Assembly: GCA_963785055.1 (NCBI GenBank) | Contig: CAWATT010000003.1 | Span: 252,157 to 316,156 of the forward strand | DNA length: 64,000 nt | Source: an uncultured Pseudomonadota bacterium | GTDB lineage: Bacteria > Pseudomonadota > Gammaproteobacteria > Steroidobacterales > Steroidobacteraceae | Direction of reading: 5' to 3' | Part shown: one piece after another, positions 58,718-64,000 of the stretch | Position numbering within the stretch: the first letter of the stretch is position 1 | How the letters are laid out: each line of letters starts with the position of its first letter | The notes under the pieces: model-generated | Databases searched by the model: none | Seen by the model: only the letters and a program-made list of their open reading frames with translations | Told to the model about the DNA's origin: nothing | Translations under genes and position numbers: made by a program

Positions 58718-59574
58718 TGATGAACAAGCAACAACTGCCTGCCGCGATCGCGCTTGCCGTTTCGCTGGCCATTGCCGCCGGCTGTGCCTCGGCACCGAAG
58801 ACTTATCCGGAACTCGAGGCGGCGCGCGCAGAAGTCCGACAAGTGACTTCCGAGCCCCTGGCCCAGGAAGCCGCCGGCATCCGCCTCAAGCAAGCCAACG
58901 AGGCCCTGCTGCGCGCGGACGAGGCTGTGCGCACTGGCGAGTCGCGGGAGCAGATCCAGCAGGACTCGCTGCTGGCGATGCAAAATGCCCAGATCGCCAA
59001 GGAACAGGTTGCAGAGATGAAGGCCCGCAAGGCGGTGGAAGCGGGCGAGGCAGCTCGCAACCAGGTATTGCTCGATGCCCGCGAGAAGGATGTGCGTACC
59101 GCCCAGCTTGAGGCTGACAAGGCCAAACAGCAGGTCGCATCCGCAAATGACCGGGCCTCGGACGCCGCGGATGCCACCGCCCGAATGCGGGCTGAGCTGG
59201 AAGCGCTCCAGGCAAAGCAGACCGATCGCGGCATGGTGCTGACGCTGGGAGACGTGCTGTTCGCAACTGGCCAGGCGACCTTGCAGCCCGGGGCCATGCG
59301 GGTCATCGATCAGCTGACATCCTTCCTGGACAAGTATCCTGACGCGACCATTTCGGTCGAGGGTCATACGGACAGCATGGGTAGCGATGACTACAACCTG
59401 GCCCTGTCGCAGCAGCGGGCAGATGCGGTCCGGTCCGCCGTTACCGCGAAGGGCATTGATGCGCGACGCGTAACGACCCGCGGCCTCGGAGAGTCCCTTC
59501 CGGTCGCGTCGAACACGGACGCTTCGGGAAGGCAGCAGAACCGTCGGGTGGAGATCGTATTCGGCAATAGCTGA
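58714..59574 (+). CDS. OmpA-family lipoprotein with N-terminal DUF4398-like helical region
   Basis: Lipobox IAAGCAS. The C-terminal OmpA_C domain reads LTLGDVLFATGQATLQPGAMRVIDQLTSFLDKYPDATISVEGHTDSMGSDDYNLALSQQRADAV...NRRVEIVF. Its start overlaps the upstream stop. Confidence 0.9.
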   Translation: MMMNKQQLPAAIALAVSLAIAAGCASAPKTYPELEAARAEVRQVTSEPLAQEAAGIRLKQANEALLRADEAVRTGESREQIQQDSLLAMQNAQIAKEQVAEMKARKAVEAGEAARNQVLLDAREKDVRTAQLEADKAKQQVASANDRASDAADATARMRAELEALQAKQTDRGMVLTLGDVLFATGQATLQPGAMRVIDQLTSFLDKYPDATISVEGHTDSMGSDDYNLALSQQRADAVRSAVTAKGIDARRVTTRGLGESLPVASNTDASGRQQNRRVEIVFGNS

Positions 59575-59647
59575 GGCGGGCGGTCTTGGTTGCGCGGGTC
59601 ACTTGAACGTACGATCCGCGTAGCCATACCACTTTCCGGGGCTTTCC

Positions 59648-60213
59648 ATGCACCATACGTCCTCGTTTCCCGCCTTGGTCGCGGCGACACTGGTCGTCGC
59701 GACTTTCCGCCGGGAGTTCCCCGGCCGCCGAACCTCCCGCACCCATCGCCGGCATCGTGGCCCCGAATGTGGTCGTCATCAGCCCGACGCTGGTGACTGC
59801 GGGCCAGCCCACCCGTGAATCGCTGCAGCGATTGAAGGCGGAGGGGTATGCCGCGGTGATTTCACTTGCACCGGGTAATACGCCCGGACGCGGTCAAGGA
59901 CCAGGCGGAGATCCTCGCGGCGCAGGGCATCGAGTTCGTGCACATTCCGATTCCCTGGCAGGCGCCCGAGGCGAAACACCTTCAGGCCACGGCAGCGGCG
60001 CTGAACCGCCTGCAAGGCCAGAAGGTGCTGCTGCACTGCCAGATGAACATGCGCGCGTCGGCGCTGGCCTTCCTCTATCGAACGGTGTACATGAAGGAGG
60101 ATCCTGCCACGGCCTGGGTCGACGTGAAGCGGCTCTGGACGCCGAAGGACCAGTGGGCGGGTTTCATCGACGAGCAACTGCATGCGGGCGGAATCGCGTT
60201 CAAGACCGAGTGA
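59648..60213 (+). pseudogene. exported DSP/PTP-like phosphatase-fold protein (DUF442-like), two frame changes
   Basis: MHHTSSFPALVAATLVVAT (signal peptide). ISPTLVTAGQPTRESLQRLKAEGYAAVISL is in a second frame. DQAEILAAQGIEFVHIPIPW...KVLLHCQMNMRASAL (HCx5R(S/T) motif) is in ORF 59866..60213. Confidence 0.65.
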
Positions 60214-60240
60214 GCCGGCGATCGACGGAAGGGGGATCCC

Positions 60241-61854
60241 ATGATGCGACCCATGATCTTCACGGCACTTCTCGCAGCCACGGGGTCGATTCAAGCGCCT
60301 GCGCAGCATGAGAACCACGGCGCGATGCCTGCAGGGCAGATCGGCAGCGACAACATAGTTTTCGAAACCTCCTGTGCCGATGAAGTGCAAGGAGACTTCA
60401 ACAAGGGCGTCGCGCTGCTGCACTCCTTCTGGTTTCCGGAGGCCAGGCGGATGTTCACGGACATCGCAGAACGGGATCCTGCCTGCGCCATGGCCTGGTG
60501 GGGCCTGGCGATGAGCCAATGGGGCAACCCGTTTGCCGGAGTGCGAGCCCCGGGTGTCATCGAAGGCGGACAGGCGCTGGTGGCCAAGGCGCGCAGCACG
60601 GGATCACCCACGCCGCGCGAACGCGGACTGATCGAGGCAGTAGCCAACCTGTATCGAAGCGCCGATGCGGGCAGCCAGCGCGAACGCATGCTGGCCTATG
60701 AGTCCGCAATGGGAAAGCTGGCGGCAACCTGGCCGGATGACCAGGAGCTCAGCATCTTCCACGCACTGGCCATTACCCAGACTGCGCCTCCCACGGACAA
60801 GAGCCATGCGGAGCTGTTGCGCGCCGCTGCCATCCTCGAGCCGCTGTTCGCGAAGTACCCGGATCACCCCGGTCTTGCGCACTACATCATCCACACCTAT
60901 GACGTTCCGACGCTCGCGTCCAGGGCATTGCCTGCTGCGCGCCGTTACGCGGACCTTGCGCCTGCGGCGCCACATGCGCTGCACATGCCTTCGCACACGT
61001 TCTCTCGCGTCGGGTACTGGCAGGAGTCCATAGCCAGCAACCGCCGGTCGGCGGATGCCTCCCGCGAGAATGGCGAGTCGAGCGACGAACTGCATGCGCT
61101 GGACTACCTGGCCTATGCGTATCTGCAGACTGCGAACGACGTCGCCGCGAAGGAGGTGGTCACGCGCGCTGCTGGCATCAGCGCCAATTCGGCGCCTGGA
61201 ACACCGTTGATAAATTCGTTCGCCGTTTCAGCGATTCCCGCGCGCTACGCCATCGAGCGAAGGGACTGGCCAGCGGCGGCGGCCCTGGTGCCCCATTCCG
61301 GCAGCAGTCCAGCCACTGAAGCCATAATCCGCTTCGCGCGCGCGGTGGGGGCCTCACGGAGCGGCAATCCCGCAGCAGCCACCGCAGATATCGCGCGCCT
61401 TGCTGAACTGCGCGACATCCTTGCCGCAGTCCCCGACCCCTATTGGGCTGAACAGGTGGACATCCAGCGGCGTGTGGCGCTGGCCTGGCAGGCATTCGCG
61501 CAGGGACGCAGCGCCGAGGCGATTTCGCAGCTGGCCGCAGCGGCGGAAATGGAAGACAACACCGACAAGGCGGCCGTCACGCCGGGGCCGTTCCTGCCTG
61601 CCAGGGAGTCAATGGGGGAGCTACTGCTGCAGGCCGGTCGCCCGGTAGAGGCCCTGGCAGCCTTCGAAGGCGTTCTGAAGAAGGAGCCCAACCGGTTCCA
61701 TGCGCTGGCAGGTGCCGGGCGTGCAGCGACCGCCGCCGGCAATGGTGCCAAGGCGACGGCGTACTACACGCAGCTGCTGACGACCTGCGCCGATGCCGGT
61801 GAGGCGGGCCAGCGTCCGGAACTGTTATCCGCCCGGCAGGTGGTCGGCCGCTGA
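60241..61854 (+). CDS. exported hypothetical protein with TPR-like C-terminal repeats
   Basis: Intact 537 aa. The signal is MMRPMIFTALLAATGSIQAPA. A conserved-looking N-domain follows (FNKGVALLHSFWFPEARRMF...CAMAWWGLAMSQWGNPF). The C-terminal helical repeats read AEAISQLAAAAEMED...GRPVEALAAFEGVLKKEPNRFHALAGAG. I recognise no family. Confidence 0.5.
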   Translation: MMRPMIFTALLAATGSIQAPAQHENHGAMPAGQIGSDNIVFETSCADEVQGDFNKGVALLHSFWFPEARRMFTDIAERDPACAMAWWGLAMSQWGNPFAGVRAPGVIEGGQALVAKARSTGSPTPRERGLIEAVANLYRSADAGSQRERMLAYESAMGKLAATWPDDQELSIFHALAITQTAPPTDKSHAELLRAAAILEPLFAKYPDHPGLAHYIIHTYDVPTLASRALPAARRYADLAPAAPHALHMPSHTFSRVGYWQESIASNRRSADASRENGESSDELHALDYLAYAYLQTANDVAAKEVVTRAAGISANSAPGTPLINSFAVSAIPARYAIERRDWPAAAALVPHSGSSPATEAIIRFARAVGASRSGNPAAATADIARLAELRDILAAVPDPYWAEQVDIQRRVALAWQAFAQGRSAEAISQLAAAAEMEDNTDKAAVTPGPFLPARESMGELLLQAGRPVEALAAFEGVLKKEPNRFHALAGAGRAATAAGNGAKATAYYTQLLTTCADAGEAGQRPELLSARQVVGR

Positions 61855-62340
61855 CCCGAAGTTCTGCACCCAGTAGATGTGTCCGCGCCGGGATCCTTCT
61901 GCAAGGCCGATTCCGATCTGCGCAAATCGCGCATCCATGATGTTCTCGCAGTGGCCGGTGCTTTCCAGCCAGCCGCGCACCACTTCCTCCGCGGATTCCG
62001 GACCGAACGCGATGTTCTCCCCGGTGAGGCGCGGGCTGTAACCGGCGCGTCGCACGCGATCCCCCGGTGTGCTTCCGTCCGGGGCACGATGATCGAAGTA
62101 CCCACGACGCGCCATATCCTCCGCATGTCGTTGTGCAGCGCGACCGAGTGGCTCTGAAACCTTCAGCGATGCGACTGGCGGGAAATGCCGGCGGCCGCAC
62201 CTGTGGCCACTGGCGCGGGCGTCGTTCACCAGGTCGAGCACGCGCTGCAGCACCGCACGAGCGGATTCCTCCGATACGCGGACCTCGGCCTGCGCACTGG
62301 CGCACCACAGGAACAGCAAGGGAAGCAGGAACAGCCTCAC
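61825..62340 (-). CDS. CAP/SCP (YkwD-like) domain secreted protein
   Basis: MRLFLLPLLFLWCASAQA (signal peptide). Motifs are LDLVNDARA, LGRAAQRHAEDMARRGYFDHRAPDGSTPGDRV, GENIAFG and GWLESTGHCENIMD. The 3-prime end overlaps the convergent 60241-61854 gene by 30 bp. Confidence 0.8.
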   Translation of the reverse strand: MRLFLLPLLFLWCASAQAEVRVSEESARAVLQRVLDLVNDARASGHRCGRRHFPPVASLKVSEPLGRAAQRHAEDMARRGYFDHRAPDGSTPGDRVRRAGYSPRLTGENIAFGPESAEEVVRGWLESTGHCENIMDARFAQIGIGLAEGSRRGHIYWVQNFGSAADHLPGG

Positions 62341-62435
62341 GTCGCCAGTATCACGATGCGCCCATGAACCGGCCGTGAACGCCGTCCCGGCACCCGAAAT
62401 CCACGCCCCTGCGAGCCACCCGGCGATGAGTCAGA

Positions 62436-63415
62436 ATGGCATTTGACATGAAACGGGTCGTCTTCTTCACCCTTGCGGGCCTGCTGATGCAGGGTTGCGC
62501 GTCCACCGCGAAAGTGGAGGCGCCACTGGCCCCCATCCGGGTCTCGGGCAGTTACTGGATCGAGCTGTCGCCGGTGCTGGTGGCCGCCAACAGCTTCTAC
62601 CCGCAGCAGATCCCGGTTGGGCGAAGGGGGCATTACCCGGATCACCTCCGGCGAAGCCGACCTGGCAACCAACGCCGAAACGCAGCTGTTGCGGGAATCC
62701 GTGACGAACCCCGATCTGCGCATCATCATGACGGTCACTGAAAGCTACTATCGCCTCGTGGCGCGGCGCTCGGCGGGCATCCAGTCGGTGGCCGACCTCA
62801 AGGGCAAGCGCGTCATGGTGCCGCGCATGACTTCTGCCCACTACTTCCTGGTGGCGATGCTGCGCAGCGCGGGGCTCACCGAAGAAGATGTCGTGCTGGT
62901 GAATCTCCCTCGGGCCCAGGGCGATCAGACGGGCATGGACCAGATGTCGGATGCCCTGGCCCGCGGGCGAGGTCGATGCCATCTCCATCTGGGAGCCGGA
63001 GCCCGAGGACGCGGTGCATCAGCTGGGGATGACGCGGTGGTGCTGCAGGATCGCAGCGTGTACCGCGAAGTGTTCAATCTTCACGCCAGGGCCACGGACC
63101 TGGCGGATCCGGAAAAGCGCCGCTCGATCGTGGCGTTCGTGCGTGCCGTCGCCGAGGCGACCGAGGCGCTGAAGACGGATCCCGAGACCGTAGTGGCCGC
63201 ATGTGTCGGGCGTTACCGGCTTCAGCGTCGAGGAGATCGGTTGGGGCTGGCCGGAGATGGAGTTCCCGGTGAAGATCGTGCCGGACATGCTGGACGTGCT
63301 CGAAGTGGAAGAGGTCTGGGTCGCCAAGGCAGGCAATCGGGCTCCACGAAGTCGCGAGGAACTGGCGAAGTTCATCGATGCGTCCGTACTCGAAGAGGCG
63401 CTTTCGACCAGGTAG
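62436..63415 (+). pseudogene. NMT1/SsuA-like ABC-transporter substrate-binding lipoprotein, about 4 frame changes
   Basis: Lipobox LLMQGCAS. Pieces in three frames are SYWIELSPVLVAANSFY, ATNAETQLLRESVTNPDLRIIMTVTESYYRLVARRSAGIQSVADLKGKRVMV, GEVDAISIWEPEPEDA and FSVEEIGWGWPEMEF... Confidence 0.7.
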
Positions 63416-63437
63416 AAAGAGCAGGGGGTGAAAAGAG

Positions 63438-63996
63438 ATGAAGGCACGTCACGCCAGCCTGGCCGTCATGGTGCTGGCCCTCATGGCGCCGGCTACCGGC
63501 AGCGCGCAGGCCAGTGCCCTGACGCTGGAGCAGCGACTGCAGCGCGTGGAGGACGAGCTGGCCATCCGGCGCGTGCTGGTCGACTATGCCGCAACACAGG
63601 ACGCGCGCGACTACTCCGGCTACGCCGCGCTGTTCGCCGAAGGACGGGGAATGGGTGAACGGGAAGACCGTCCACAAGGGACGTGCCGCCATCCACAAGA
63701 TGCTGGTCGATCTGTATGGCACGCCGCCGCCCGGCTATGTCAACAGCGATAGCTATCACCTGACCTCGAATCCCGAGATCAATGTGAACGGCGATCGGGC
63801 AACGGCGCGATCGCGTCACCTGCTTGTGTTGCGCGGTCCCAAAGGCGAGCCGACGCCCGCCCTTGCCGGTCGCTATGAGGACGAGTTGATCCGCGAGGAC
63901 GGCCAGTGGAAGATCCTGCGTCGGGTCGACTTTCCGGTCATGCCGACATCGGAAGAGTGGATGAAATTCATACGCGAGCGCAGGGCGACGCAGTGA
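63438..63996 (+). CDS. exported SnoaL/NTF2-like protein, one frame change near 63650
   Basis: MKARHASLAVMVLALMAPATGSAQA. LEQRLQRVEDELAIRRVLVDYAATQDARDYSGYAALFAE is typical of SnoaL_4-like N-termini. It continues in ORF 63586..63996 (EWVNGKTVHKGRAAIHKML...HLTSNPEINVNGDRATARSRH...). Confidence 0.65.
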
Positions 63997-64000
63997 GGAG

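Overview
High-GC (roughly 65-70% by eye) proteobacterial chromosomal segment with about 70 protein-coding genes. I saw no rRNA, tRNA, CRISPR array, transposase or integrase. The left end (1-6.3 kb) is a conserved housekeeping block. It holds accC (partial)-accB-aroQ, a TlpA-like thioredoxin plus dsbD, and groES-groEL preceded by a sigma32-type promoter and a CIRCE operator. The rest is accessory and strongly biased toward exported or envelope proteins with Tat, Sec or lipoprotein signals. These include a PQQ quinohemoprotein dehydrogenase, an SMP-30-like protein, Tat-PhoX with a Pho-box-like repeat, three DUF3237 paralogs and a minimal K+ channel. Also present are an amidase, YghU-type GST, DUF3604, Cho nuclease, a TonB-dependent receptor, a carboxylesterase, four NTF2/SnoaL-like proteins, a CocE/NonD hydrolase, a SOUL protein, MltF, PhhA and OmpA-family proteins. 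The best candidate for an undescribed system is the intact minus-strand cluster at 48.1-55.7 kb: OM beta-barrel, STAND/SARP regulator, membrane di-iron hydroxylase, GH3 acyl-acid amido synthetase and MLE-type enolase. Second is the translationally coupled Host_attach / flavodoxin-fold / beta-CASP / CHAD operon at 44.8-48.1 kb. Major caveat: about 21 genes are frame-disrupted as sequenced, including groEL and accB. The disruptions are very unevenly distributed, so sequence quality and true pseudogenisation cannot be separated without reads. Frameshift positions and many start codons are by-eye estimates. All family calls rest on motif and sequence recollection, not on searches.
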